Shown here: positions 40,001 through 50,432 of the stretch, piece by piece
Numbering within the stretch: position 1 is the first letter of the stretch
How the letters are laid out: each line of letters opens with the position of its first letter
From: Promethearchaeota archaeon
GTDB taxonomy: Archaea; Asgardarchaeota; Lokiarchaeia; Sigyniarchaeales; SOKP01
DNA: 64,000 nt
Assembly: GCA_030599585.1 (NCBI GenBank)
Contig: JAUVNS010000010.1
Coordinates: 1-64,000, forward strand
Reading direction: 5' to 3'
Position numbers and translations under genes: made by a program
Notes under the pieces: generated by a model
Databases searched by the model: none
Told to the model about the DNA's origin: nothing
The model's input: the letters and a program-made list of their open reading frames with translations, nothing else

Positions 40001-42271
40001 ATGTCTGAAATCAAAATTTTTGTTGATGTAACCGAAAGCTCATCCAATAAAGTAGTTATTTGTCAAGAAAATGCCACTAAACTAGGAATAAAAAGTGGCG
40101 ATTCTATAGAAGTTTTTAATTTAGATAATGATAAAACAACAACTGCCGTAGTTGAAATTTCAAATATGGTATTAGATTTTGCTGGTCAAGTTTCTAAGGA
40201 CATAGTCGATTCACTAGAATTTAAGGGCGTTGAATTATTACTTCGGCCAATGAGCAGTGCAGAGTTGCTTACTCCTAAAATACAAATACCGAAAGTCCCC
40301 AGTGTCAAACCGGTAGCAACACCACCGCCAAGACCAACGCAATCTACATTAACACCTTTACCAACAAGACCTACTCAAATGCAAACCCAAAAACCAACGC
40401 CATTACCTCTTCCTACTCAACACCCAGTACCACCTATAAGCGGACATGTTCCACTTCCCACCAAAACACCCGAACCAACGCCACCACCACAAATAACCCC
40501 CCCACCAAGTCTACCACCTACGCCAATTCCTATACCTACCCCACCACCACAACCTACCTTAGCACCTACACCTCAATTGAGCCCTACCCCCATACCCCCT
40601 TCACCAGTGCCCTTACCACAAGCTCCGCCACCTCAAATGATCCCCCCTTCTCCGAGTCAAACACCTCTTCCCACTATTGGACAAGAAGTGGGAGTTCCAA
40701 TTGCTCCTGCCGATCCTTACCCTAATAGAATTGATGTCAACATGTTAAATAGTCAAAAGAACGGTATAGTATTAACTCCCGTGATAAATGATTCTATCGA
40801 AGGTGGACGAATTCAAGTGAGTGGTTTTGTAATTCAACAGTTAGGATTAGGACAAGGTATGCTTATTGGTTGGGAAGATCCTCTCACGCGAGCTGTGGGT
40901 TCCGCTAGAATTGATCAAGCAACAATTGCTCCCACCGAAATTCGAATGAGTAGGGATACGAAAGAAGATACTAATGTTTATAGTCAACAAATTGTTGTTT
41001 ACTCTACTGAACCCCCCATCCAAAAAACATCTGAACTTATGTTAGAAGTACAATCACAACCTAATTTAATGGGTTATGCTCTTGTAAGCCCTCGAACACA
41101 ACATACGCTCTCACTTGTCCAGGATAATGTTCTTGCGTTTGAAGATGAACTTACTGGAGCTGTTGGAGCAGGTAAAGTAGAAATTTTAGAATCTGTTCCC
41201 GACAACACCATTATTATAGATAGCGAGATTTTAGAGGCGTCAGGGATTGGAAGTTTCGAAGTAAAAGTGTATAAAAACTTGCGACCAATTATTCCCCTAC
41301 AAAACATATCATTAGGTATTTCACCAATCTCAGGTGAAAATATGTGGGAAATTATTAGCACGGCGCGACAAAATGTAGATTCCTTGAAAGGTTGGCTAGC
41401 AAACTATGTAATTTTTAAAGGGATTAAGCTTAGATGGAACGCAGTAAATATTGCGTGTTCAATTTTAACGACTACTCCAGATTTGACAGGGGATATTCTA
41501 GCCACAGTTAACGAAAATACGGCAATTAATCTGAGCCCAACGGGACTAGTACCTTTTAACGCTATTTTGATAATAGATATTAGCCGTTCGATGATGGCCA
41601 GGGATGTACTCGTCCAAAACATAGCCCCTGCAATTGAGGGCATTAAAGCAGCTATGGAATCTCCAGAAATTCAAGAATTCTTAAAACATTTTAAAGCAGG
41701 TGTTAACATTCCAAGGAGAATATCTGCTGCTTTTGCAGCTGTTCTATTCTTAAGCGAAAAGGTTGGACGTGGATTTGGAGAAAAAGTCTCAGTGATTAGA
41801 TTTGCGGACGAAGCTCAGATATTACCGTTTGGAAGCAGTTACTACATGGATTCTGCTAGCGGTAAGAAAGGCGTATTAGAAGATGCTGCACGCATGATTG
41901 TTGACCGAATTGGAAATAGTTACGGTCAATCTACGAATATGGGAAGTGCTATGGTCAAAGCGCATCAAGTTTTGACTGAATTTGATAAGCTCAGCCTTGG
42001 TAATCCGCAGCCTACTATGATCATACTCTTAACAGATGGGATTCCGACAGATGGAGATGAGTTTCTCAAAGCTATTAAAATGTTTGCAGAAAATCCAAAT
42101 GTTGTAATATATATTGTCGGTCTTGGAAATCCGGATGATCAAATGATGACAAGGGCGGCTGTATTGTGTGGTGGAGAGTATTTCAAACCAGACGATGCAG
42201 GAGAATTACTAATTTGGTATTCTAAACGAGCTCGAGATTTAACTGTAAAAATGAAGGCTCATAAAGATTAA
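40001..42271 (+). CDS. CDC48-N-like (double-psi barrel) repeats + Pro-rich linker + vWA domain protein
   Basis: Three units like KLGIKSGDSIEV; ~150-aa P/T/Q-rich linker; MIDAS DISRS, T and LLTDG. Confidence 0.7.
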   Translation: MSEIKIFVDVTESSSNKVVICQENATKLGIKSGDSIEVFNLDNDKTTTAVVEISNMVLDFAGQVSKDIVDSLEFKGVELLLRPMSSAELLTPKIQIPKVPSVKPVATPPPRPTQSTLTPLPTRPTQMQTQKPTPLPLPTQHPVPPISGHVPLPTKTPEPTPPPQITPPPSLPPTPIPIPTPPPQPTLAPTPQLSPTPIPPSPVPLPQAPPPQMIPPSPSQTPLPTIGQEVGVPIAPADPYPNRIDVNMLNSQKNGIVLTPVINDSIEGGRIQVSGFVIQQLGLGQGMLIGWEDPLTRAVGSARIDQATIAPTEIRMSRDTKEDTNVYSQQIVVYSTEPPIQKTSELMLEVQSQPNLMGYALVSPRTQHTLSLVQDNVLAFEDELTGAVGAGKVEILESVPDNTIIIDSEILEASGIGSFEVKVYKNLRPIIPLQNISLGISPISGENMWEIISTARQNVDSLKGWLANYVIFKGIKLRWNAVNIACSILTTTPDLTGDILATVNENTAINLSPTGLVPFNAILIIDISRSMMARDVLVQNIAPAIEGIKAAMESPEIQEFLKHFKAGVNIPRRISAAFAAVLFLSEKVGRGFGEKVSVIRFADEAQILPFGSSYYMDSASGKKGVLEDAARMIVDRIGNSYGQSTNMGSAMVKAHQVLTEFDKLSLGNPQPTMIILLTDGIPTDGDEFLKAIKMFAENPNVVIYIVGLGNPDDQMMTRAAVLCGGEYFKPDDAGELLIWYSKRARDLTVKMKAHKD

Positions 42272-42397
42272 AAACTAATTTCTTTTCTGTTTTACTTAAT
42301 TTATCATAGGGTTCTTCAATGATAAAATATCAATAAAATTCTAATAGAGATTTTTGACTATACTACAAAAACGATTTTCATAAATAATTGAATTAAA

Positions 42398-44572
42398 ATG
42401 GTTAATAAATCTCAGAATGTGCTGTATTTAGATCACACTCAACCTCTTGAAGCTAGAATAGGTGATTTAATCTCCCGAATGACGTTAGATGAAAAAATTT
42501 CACAAGTCATTAACGATGCTGAAGGAATCGAACGATTAAATATTCCAAAATATAATTGGTGGAGTGAAGCTCTTCATGGAGTCGGATTTTCCGGTATAGC
42601 GACTGTTTTTCCCCAAGCGATAGGGTTGGCAGCAAGTTTTAATGTAAATTTAATGGCAGAAGTTGCTGATGCTATATCAACCGAAGGAAGAGCTAAACAT
42701 CACGAAGCCGTAAGAAATAATAGTAGAAAGATCTTTCAAGGATTAACATTTTGGTCTCCAAATGTGAATATTTTTCGAGATCCTCGGTGGGGAAGAGGTC
42801 AAGAAACCTACGGAGAAGATCCTTTTTTAACCTCCAAAATGGGAATAACATTTATTCAAAACTTACAAGGTGATGATCCTCGATATTTAAAGCTAGTCGC
42901 TACACCCAAGCATTACATTGCCTATAGTGGATTAGAATCTGAAAGACACTTTTTTGATGCCAAAGTTAGTAATAAAGATTTATGGGAAACATACATGCCT
43001 GCGTTTGAAGCATGTATAATTGAAGGGCAAGCAGAGGCAATTATGGGAGCTTATAATCGAGTAAATGGAGAACTTTGTTGTGCTAGCAAGTTTTTACTAA
43101 AAGAAGTATTGAGAGATAAATGGGGATTTAAAGGCCATGTTGTTTCGGACTGTGGAGCAATAAATGACATATTTAAACATCATAAAGTAGTTGAAACTCC
43201 TGAAGAGGCTGCAGCTCTAGCATTTAATAGCGGATTAGATTTGATTTGTAAAATTGGGGTGACAAGGAGAACGCGAAAAGAACGGTGGAAATGGCTCAAA
43301 GATGCTGTTGAAAAAGAGTTGCTCAAAGAGTTTACTCTCGACGAGTCGTTAAAAAATCTATTTCGAGCGAAGTTTTTACTTGGCATGTTTGATCCCCCAG
43401 AACTGGTAAAATACACGAAAATACCATACGAAAAAAATGACTGTAAAGAGCATCGCCAGCTGGCTTTAGAAGCTGCTAGAGAATCTATTGTGCTTCTAAA
43501 GAATCAAGACGGAATTTTACCGCTGAGAAAAGATGTAAACACAATTGCAGTAATAGGGCCAAACGCTGATAATCGGGACGTTCTATTGGGAAATTATAAC
43601 GGAGAACCTTCAGAATACACAACTATCCTTGAGGGGATTAAGAACAGAACTTCCCCAGATACTGAAATCTTATTTGCGAAGGGTTGTCCTTTGAAAGAAA
43701 AATCTAAAGAAGGTTTTGAAGAAGCGAAAACCATTGCTCAGAAATCCGATATTGTTTTTTTAGTATTAGGTATCTCACCGCGACTTGAGGGTGAAGAAGG
43801 TCAGGCATCACAGTCTGATCTTGGTGGAGATAGATTAGATATAAATTTACCAGGAGTTCAAGAAGACCTTTTGAAGGAAATCTTCGCCATTGGTAAGCAA
43901 ATTATTCTAATACTCACAGGAGGAAGCGCTATATCTGTGAATTTTGCACAAGAAAACATACCTGCAATATTATTTGTGTGGTATCCAGGAGAAGAGGGGG
44001 GAAATGCTGTAGCTGATGTGATTTTCGGCGACTACAATCCTGCTGGAAGATTACCGGTTACGTTCTATAAATCTATTGAACAGTTACCAGAGTTTAGGAA
44101 TTATAGCATGGAAGGGAGAACATATCGATATTTTAAAGATATTCCGTTGTATTCCTTTGGATTTGGTCTCAGTTATACTAAATTTAGATATTCTAACCTT
44201 AGTTTTTCTAATGAAATGCTAGATGTTAGTGAGACTTTAGAGGTGGAAGCTGAAATTGAAAACATAGGGGGAAGTAATGGAGAGGAAGTGATCCAACTTT
44301 ATATATCAAGAAAAGATGCTCGTTTCAGAGTACCTATTAGAGAGTTGAAAGGTTTTAAGCGCATTTTTTTAAAAAAAGATCAAAGGAAAAAAATTTCATT
44401 CAAACTAATGCCTAAAGATTTTTCAGTTGTAAATCTAAATGGAGAAAGATTTTTAGAGCCAGGAATGATTACTATATCAATCGGGGGATGTCAGCCAGGA
44501 TATGACTTAGAAAAAGACGGTTTAGTTATGAAGGATGTTTCTATTATAGGGAAGGCAAAGCACCTTGAATAA
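42398..44572 (+). CDS. GH3 beta-glucosidase/beta-xylosidase
   Basis: WWSEALHG, RDPRWGRGQETYGEDP, KH, SDCGA nucleophile, C-terminal Fn3-like domain. Confidence 0.95.
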   Translation: MVNKSQNVLYLDHTQPLEARIGDLISRMTLDEKISQVINDAEGIERLNIPKYNWWSEALHGVGFSGIATVFPQAIGLAASFNVNLMAEVADAISTEGRAKHHEAVRNNSRKIFQGLTFWSPNVNIFRDPRWGRGQETYGEDPFLTSKMGITFIQNLQGDDPRYLKLVATPKHYIAYSGLESERHFFDAKVSNKDLWETYMPAFEACIIEGQAEAIMGAYNRVNGELCCASKFLLKEVLRDKWGFKGHVVSDCGAINDIFKHHKVVETPEEAAALAFNSGLDLICKIGVTRRTRKERWKWLKDAVEKELLKEFTLDESLKNLFRAKFLLGMFDPPELVKYTKIPYEKNDCKEHRQLALEAARESIVLLKNQDGILPLRKDVNTIAVIGPNADNRDVLLGNYNGEPSEYTTILEGIKNRTSPDTEILFAKGCPLKEKSKEGFEEAKTIAQKSDIVFLVLGISPRLEGEEGQASQSDLGGDRLDINLPGVQEDLLKEIFAIGKQIILILTGGSAISVNFAQENIPAILFVWYPGEEGGNAVADVIFGDYNPAGRLPVTFYKSIEQLPEFRNYSMEGRTYRYFKDIPLYSFGFGLSYTKFRYSNLSFSNEMLDVSETLEVEAEIENIGGSNGEEVIQLYISRKDARFRVPIRELKGFKRIFLKKDQRKKISFKLMPKDFSVVNLNGERFLEPGMITISIGGCQPGYDLEKDGLVMKDVSIIGKAKHLE

Positions 44573-44675
44573 AAACTTATCATATTTTTCATTTAATCTT
44601 TTTCGATACAAGAATATTGTATAAAATTTTTATACTTATAATTTAATAATAATTATAATTAAAAATGTACAAAAT

Positions 44676-45092
44676 GTGTTCAGAATAATGAAAGAAGTTA
44701 AAATTCTAAATATTGATGAGCGCGGTAGGATCGTAATTCCACAAATTGTAAGAAAATCTTTAGGAATTACAACAAATTCACAGTTGATGATGATCAGTGA
44801 CTCAGAAGCCAAGGAAATTAAGATTACTCCAGTAGGTTTGCGGAGTGAAAGTGATCTCATTAAACTGAGGATTTCAATGGGAGACACTCCGGGAGCATTA
44901 GCTAAATTGGCAACAGCTTTTGGAGATTTAAATCTTAGCATGATGTATAGTGAGGCAGTAATTGTCGAAAAGGATAAAACTGCGGTGTGGACGGTAATCT
45001 CGGAGAGTCCAAGTTTTCCCATAGAAGAGCTACAAAAAATATTAAAAGAAAAAGGAGAAGCTCTCAAAGTTGAGATCCTTTCTTTAGAATGA
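44676..45092 (+). CDS. AbrB/MazE-type DNA-binding + ACT domain regulator
   Basis: IDERGRIVIPQIVRKSLGI; DTPGALAKLA ACT signature. Confidence 0.85.
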   Translation: MFRIMKEVKILNIDERGRIVIPQIVRKSLGITTNSQLMMISDSEAKEIKITPVGLRSESDLIKLRISMGDTPGALAKLATAFGDLNLSMMYSEAVIVEKDKTAVWTVISESPSFPIEELQKILKEKGEALKVEILSLE

Positions 45093-45130
45093 GTGAATGT
45101 TGACAAAAAAGTGAGTGTTAAGCAAATCAA

Positions 45131-45859
45131 ATGGCAAAGAAAAAAAAGAAAGATAAAGAAAAGAGCAAAGTTGAATCTCCTACTCCGAATCTAGATAATG
45201 TGTTAAAGTCGTCAAAGAAAACCCAATCTACTTTACATGGATTACTTAAAGTAGTCACCGAAGAAAAAAGTTTTATCTCTCCGGATGAGAAAGAAGAAAA
45301 GATAGCCCCACAACTTTCATATGAAACTAAGAAGCAAATTGCTGAAGATTACGCCATGGAAAAAGTTCCGCTTTCAGAAGGAACACCCCTTAAGAAGAAA
45401 ATCCCCATTTCAGAAAATTCTGAAGCAGTAGAAAGTTCAGAAAATGCTGATGCTCAAACATCAAGTACTACTAAAACACCTTCATTCTCAAAGAAAGAGA
45501 ACATCTACGAAAAGTTAACTGTATTTTTTGAAGAAATATTTGATGGGTATGTAGATAGATATAACCAGTGGGAAAATTCTATATCCTCCATTCTTTCAAT
45601 CCTTAGGAAAATGAGGAAAATTACAAAAAAAAATACGGAGGAACTAGTCACCTCAGTAGGTGGTCTTTATGAAAAAATCCATTATAATTTGGATCAATTC
45701 AAATTAAAAAGAGACGAAGTTGAAAAGATTACCGATGTAGATGTTGAATCTATGTCACATGAATTTAAAAAAGTACTAGGATTATTAGAATTACAAGTGA
45801 AAGAATATCAATTTAAAAAGTTATCAGATGAGTTCGTTCATCAGCAGCAATCATTCTGA
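45131..45859 (+). CDS. Hypothetical protein: disordered N-terminus + C-terminal coiled coil
   Basis: 242-aa ORF within the operon. Confidence 0.7.
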   Translation: MAKKKKKDKEKSKVESPTPNLDNVLKSSKKTQSTLHGLLKVVTEEKSFISPDEKEEKIAPQLSYETKKQIAEDYAMEKVPLSEGTPLKKKIPISENSEAVESSENADAQTSSTTKTPSFSKKENIYEKLTVFFEEIFDGYVDRYNQWENSISSILSILRKMRKITKKNTEELVTSVGGLYEKIHYNLDQFKLKRDEVEKITDVDVESMSHEFKKVLGLLELQVKEYQFKKLSDEFVHQQQSF

Positions 45860-45913
45860 TATAATTTATTGTTTTTTAATGCTCTCGCACTAATAAACTT
45901 AATAAGTAGAATC

Positions 45914-47098
45914 ATGGCAAATACTGAGAACAATTATTTAATTCCATTAATCCTCGATATTGGAAGTGATAATTTCAGATTAGGATGGGCAGGAGGAGAT
46001 TTTCCGGATATTATTGCTCCTAGTGTTTATGTTGATATTACTGATTATCTTTTTACTTCTGATATAAGCGGATCAGACACTATTAGTGGTTTAGAGGAAA
46101 TATTTCTTGATACTGATAAGCAAACTCAATTAGTTGGTTTTGATGCGCTTAAATACAAAAACATCTTGAAAATTCGAGAGTTTAGTAAAAAGAAGAATTA
46201 TAACATTCTTTCCAAGTTTTTTCTCCATTACTACCAACAATTAAACATTCCGGTGGAATCGCATTTCAAACAACCATTAATAATAATAACTCCCTTCTAT
46301 AAATCGGAATTAGAAAAAACAAAACTCCAAGATGTATTTTTTAATTCTTTAAATTTCCCCTATGTTTTGTTTTTACCCGAAAGTCAAGCGATCCTGTCGA
46401 CATTACAAAAATCTAGCGGAATCATCGTGAATATCGGGGAATCTTACACATCAATATCTTCAATTTTTCATGGATTTACCAACTTAATGGCAAGAGATAT
46501 GTTTCCAATAACAGGAAAAAAAATTACTAGTTATCTCCTAAATTTAATTTTAAGCAAGATAAGCTCCTCAAAAAATACCTACCTCGATAAAACAATTGCT
46601 AAAGAGATCAAAGAGAAATTATCCCTTTGCGTCCTCGATCCTACCGGAGAAAAGAAAAGAGTTAAAGAAGGTTTAACCAAATACGATCGAATCGTGGATT
46701 TACCAGATGGTAGTAAATTAAAATTGAATTCTGAGCGATTTCTCTTATCAGAACCTCTAATGGATCCTAAGATCATTCATATCGATTACATGGGATTAGC
46801 AGAAGCTATTTCGAAAGTAGTAATGTCGTGGGACAGAGAGAATTGGGAGGAACTCCTTTCAAATGTTATACTTTCAGGAGGGAGTAGTGTGATTACGGGA
46901 TTAAGCGAAAGAATCGAAGTTGAATTGCAAAGATTTTTTTCAGATAAGTTGGGACCAAAAATAAAAGTAGTAGCAGCCTCCGGAAGAGAAAATATGGGTT
47001 GGATTGGAGCTTCTGTTCTATTTTCAAAAGATCAATTAAAAAAAGGATGGATTGAGAATCCTTCTCATCAGGAGTTAGAGCAACAACAAGCTGATTAG
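45914..47098 (+). CDS. Divergent actin-related protein
   Basis: LILDIGSDNFRLGWAG, GIIVNIGESYT, EIKEKLS, LPDG, ILSGGSS, WIGAS; ATG 45914 is the likely start. Confidence 0.9.
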   Translation: MANTENNYLIPLILDIGSDNFRLGWAGGDFPDIIAPSVYVDITDYLFTSDISGSDTISGLEEIFLDTDKQTQLVGFDALKYKNILKIREFSKKKNYNILSKFFLHYYQQLNIPVESHFKQPLIIITPFYKSELEKTKLQDVFFNSLNFPYVLFLPESQAILSTLQKSSGIIVNIGESYTSISSIFHGFTNLMARDMFPITGKKITSYLLNLILSKISSSKNTYLDKTIAKEIKEKLSLCVLDPTGEKKRVKEGLTKYDRIVDLPDGSKLKLNSERFLLSEPLMDPKIIHIDYMGLAEAISKVVMSWDRENWEELLSNVILSGGSSVITGLSERIEVELQRFFSDKLGPKIKVVAASGRENMGWIGASVLFSKDQLKKGWIENPSHQELEQQQAD

Positions 47099-47132
47099 AC
47101 AATTTCAAAAAGTTTTAAAAAAATATGAATTA

Positions 47133-49721
47133 GTGGAAATAATGGTTATTAAGTTAAGCACGCGATCAGAATTCTTAAAGGAATTCCAACAGAAAATTAT
47201 TCAAGGAAGAAAACTATTACATACTTCAAATCATCTTTGGGCAGATAGATTACTAACTGATTTGTATTTTGATATCGAAAAAACTGAATGGCTCGATATC
47301 CAAAAAAAACACCAACTAATAATGATTATATCAAATTCTTGGTGGATGTATATCAATTCTTTGATCCGTAGGACTGACGAAGGTATTGATATAGATTTTA
47401 TTAGATATATTGATGCATACAAACGCTTTTTCTCGTTTTTGTCTAAATTAGATGATTTTTACTTACTCAACAATTTTGCAACTAACTTACTTAAATCGTT
47501 TACTAAAATGGATTCGTTATCTCAATCGGGTATAACAAAATTTATAAATTCATTTTGCGTTAAAGTAAGTGAAAGGGAAAACTACATCAAACTAATTGAA
47601 TTGCAGCTAGTTTTGATGTATTTAAGGAAATCTGTCCTCCCTCAAGAGTTTTTTCATTTAAGTATGGAAGTTTTAGGGAGAACGATTTTTAAACTCGAAC
47701 CTGGGAAACGGGCTCTATTTCTTTATGTCTTTATAGAAAATGTGAACGAAAATTTTCAACTTATGGAGGATTCTGAAGAATTCGTAAAGTCAATGATTAA
47801 AATCTTGGTAAATAGAATCCCCGGTTATTTAAAGAACGAATTTAGTAATTTAGGTAAGATTTCAATTAACGAACGAAATTTTAACACAATTTTAGTGGAT
47901 TTAGAGGAATTAATATATTACCTAAACAACATTGGAGAGCATTCTTGGATAATAACCGTCATCAAAAATCTATTTTCTAAAATTCACGCGTACCAATCAT
48001 ATGGAGATGCCGTCACTTATATCAGGAAATTTATAGATTTTGCAATTACGAGAAATAGATTCGAAATTGCGTTCCAAATCTACGATTTTCTCGAGGACCT
48101 GTTCTTGTACCAGACGGATCTTGGATACGATAACATTCTGATTGAACTTTGGGTTGAGGCGTGCAAAAAATTTGTAGAAATGAAGGAGAAAAAGTATCTT
48201 CTCCAATCTATTGAAAAGTTAAATACACATTTGAAAATTCCTCAAACTAATGCTCAATTATACCACTTCTTTTATACAAGTAATTTCTTATGGAAATTTA
48301 AGTCACTATTTTTCTCGTTAGAGCAAAAAGATTACTGGCGAATGATGTTTTATCGTGTGCTATATGAGCAAAAAGATTTTAATCTCGCTCAAAAAATATT
48401 ACCGTTTTTAGAGAAAAACTTGAGGAACGTAATTAGTGATCCACTTTCTTTATATAACGAGACTGAATCACTTAGAAGAGAAATTTATTCTTTTGAAGAG
48501 GAAAACTTACTTTTTACAGGGTTAGAGGAAGGATTTGTAATAAAACAGATGATTTTTAGGATCAACCATGATGGTTTAATTTCTATTCGGATGATATCTG
48601 TTGATGAAAAAATTGTGGAAGGAACAATTTTCAACGAATATTGGAACGATGCACATATAATAGATATTTATAATGACATTTTCTCCTACAATCAAGAAAA
48701 AAAATATGACTTTAGCGTAAAAGAATTCGGTAGATTACTATACGTATTTCTCCCAATTAACATTCGCACTTTTTTAGAGCAGTTTGAGATTAAGTCTTTG
48801 AATATTACACCTGAAATTTATTTTATTTTAGATGAAATGACGATTCCTTTCGAATTAGTTTATGACAATAATTTTTTCTTATTAAAATATTCCATTGGGT
48901 ATATTATTGGAGAACCACCTCTTGGAGGGGTTGCTTTTGGGCACGATATGGTTGAAAAAGAAGGAAATCTAACGAAGGTCAATGTTCTGATCGTCGATTC
49001 TATAAATAGCACAGGACCTATAAGATGGAACGCAGAAACTAAATCTAAAGAACTAATATTTCCTTTTGAAGCGGGAATTAATGAATTTAATTATATTACT
49101 GAATTTTTCAACGGTCGCGAAGAAGTTAATAACATAGCGATCTTAGTGGGCCCCGATTCTTCTCGAGATAAGATCCTATCTCATATAGAAACAGGATCGA
49201 ATCATATCATTCATTTTGTTGGAAATATTTTTTATTCAAAGTGGAATCCGCGAGACAGCTTTTTCCTCACCAACGATAACGAAATAGTAACATTTAATGA
49301 AATTAACAAGTCAATACAAGCGAACCCTAACGCAGAAAAACCGTTTTTATTTTTTAATTCTCAAATTTATGATATTGAAGGTAAAAAGTTAAAGAATGTT
49401 CTGCGTACGTTTGGAGAAATTGTAGAATATTTCGATTATGAGAGAATTACGGGGATAATGTCCAGAAATTATCCGATTTTTAACGATGAGACGAAGGAAA
49501 TAATCGCTAATTTTTATATCAACTTATTCAATGATAAAAGTCAGGGAGTTTCCCTTGTGAAAGCACGGCAAGCATGTATGGCAAATAAAATGACTAAACT
49601 TGTAGAGAAGAAATTTAACGAGTTATCCGCAGAGGAAGGCGTAAAGAATATTGATCTAGAAGGATCCTTAGCGATATCAAGCTATATGCTTTTTGGCAAA
49701 CCTTGGAAAAAATTAAGTTAG
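47133..49721 (+). CDS. Helical-repeat protein with C-terminal catalytically inactive CHAT (caspase-like) domain
   Basis: IPFELV, IIHFVGN (normally HxxGH), FFNSQ (normally NAC), FY..L...G.SL..AR, YMLFGKP. Confidence 0.75.
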   Translation: MEIMVIKLSTRSEFLKEFQQKIIQGRKLLHTSNHLWADRLLTDLYFDIEKTEWLDIQKKHQLIMIISNSWWMYINSLIRRTDEGIDIDFIRYIDAYKRFFSFLSKLDDFYLLNNFATNLLKSFTKMDSLSQSGITKFINSFCVKVSERENYIKLIELQLVLMYLRKSVLPQEFFHLSMEVLGRTIFKLEPGKRALFLYVFIENVNENFQLMEDSEEFVKSMIKILVNRIPGYLKNEFSNLGKISINERNFNTILVDLEELIYYLNNIGEHSWIITVIKNLFSKIHAYQSYGDAVTYIRKFIDFAITRNRFEIAFQIYDFLEDLFLYQTDLGYDNILIELWVEACKKFVEMKEKKYLLQSIEKLNTHLKIPQTNAQLYHFFYTSNFLWKFKSLFFSLEQKDYWRMMFYRVLYEQKDFNLAQKILPFLEKNLRNVISDPLSLYNETESLRREIYSFEEENLLFTGLEEGFVIKQMIFRINHDGLISIRMISVDEKIVEGTIFNEYWNDAHIIDIYNDIFSYNQEKKYDFSVKEFGRLLYVFLPINIRTFLEQFEIKSLNITPEIYFILDEMTIPFELVYDNNFFLLKYSIGYIIGEPPLGGVAFGHDMVEKEGNLTKVNVLIVDSINSTGPIRWNAETKSKELIFPFEAGINEFNYITEFFNGREEVNNIAILVGPDSSRDKILSHIETGSNHIIHFVGNIFYSKWNPRDSFFLTNDNEIVTFNEINKSIQANPNAEKPFLFFNSQIYDIEGKKLKNVLRTFGEIVEYFDYERITGIMSRNYPIFNDETKEIIANFYINLFNDKSQGVSLVKARQACMANKMTKLVEKKFNELSAEEGVKNIDLEGSLAISSYMLFGKPWKKLS

Positions 49722-49824
49722 AAAAATGATTCTAAAATTATGTAGGAATACCTTCGTTTTACTTAAACTTAATTAAAAGTATTTATATTAGAAAATTAAA
49801 TTTAGAAGCATAAAATGGTCTAAA

Positions 49825-50364
49825 ATGTCAGATAGGATAATTGAACTCCGAGTTGAAAATGCCAGACTCAAGAAAGAGGTACAAAATTTAGAAAATAAAG
49901 TATTATCGTTAGTAGGAATGATTAGTTTAGAATCTTCGGGAGGTCTTGAACGCAAGAATGTTCTCAATGAGCATTTAATTAATCTAATTACTTCAACATC
50001 CATTCAACTTAATGTTGTTTCACCTAAGATCGATAGATTCTACAGCATCGAACTTAAAAAGCTAACTAAGAAAGGAATTCCAATACTAATTATTACTAAC
50101 GATAGAGGAAATATTCCTAAAATATACCAAGAAATCTATGATGATTTAAAACAAACTTCAGGAATAAGCATAATTAATAACCCGAATGTCAGGTATTTAT
50201 TAGTTTTCAATGCTGAACAAGGAATTTATTCGGGGGGGTCATTAGATAAAGGAGAATTAGAAAAATCTGTCCTTATTGTTACACGCATCAAAGAAAGCGC
50301 TAAACTCAGAAAAATCGCTGAAATATTTAGTTTAATGCTCCCATCCTTTATGAGAGGAAAATAA
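49825..50364 (+). CDS. Coiled-coil + PLD-like fold protein lacking the HKD motif
   Basis: IQLNVVSPKID...KKGIPILIIT...NVRYLLVFN..GIYSGGSL. Confidence 0.6.
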   Translation: MSDRIIELRVENARLKKEVQNLENKVLSLVGMISLESSGGLERKNVLNEHLINLITSTSIQLNVVSPKIDRFYSIELKKLTKKGIPILIITNDRGNIPKIYQEIYDDLKQTSGISIINNPNVRYLLVFNAEQGIYSGGSLDKGELEKSVLIVTRIKESAKLRKIAEIFSLMLPSFMRGK

Positions 50365-50432
50365 TTAATAATTTTATGATTTTTCTTCTAAAGGTAAGAT
50401 TATTAGTTTTACACTAGTATTGAAAACCATGA

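Noticed and set aside
45914-47098. Calling this the conserved Lokiactin
   Set aside because: Too divergent in the phosphate-2 motif, H161 position and C-terminus
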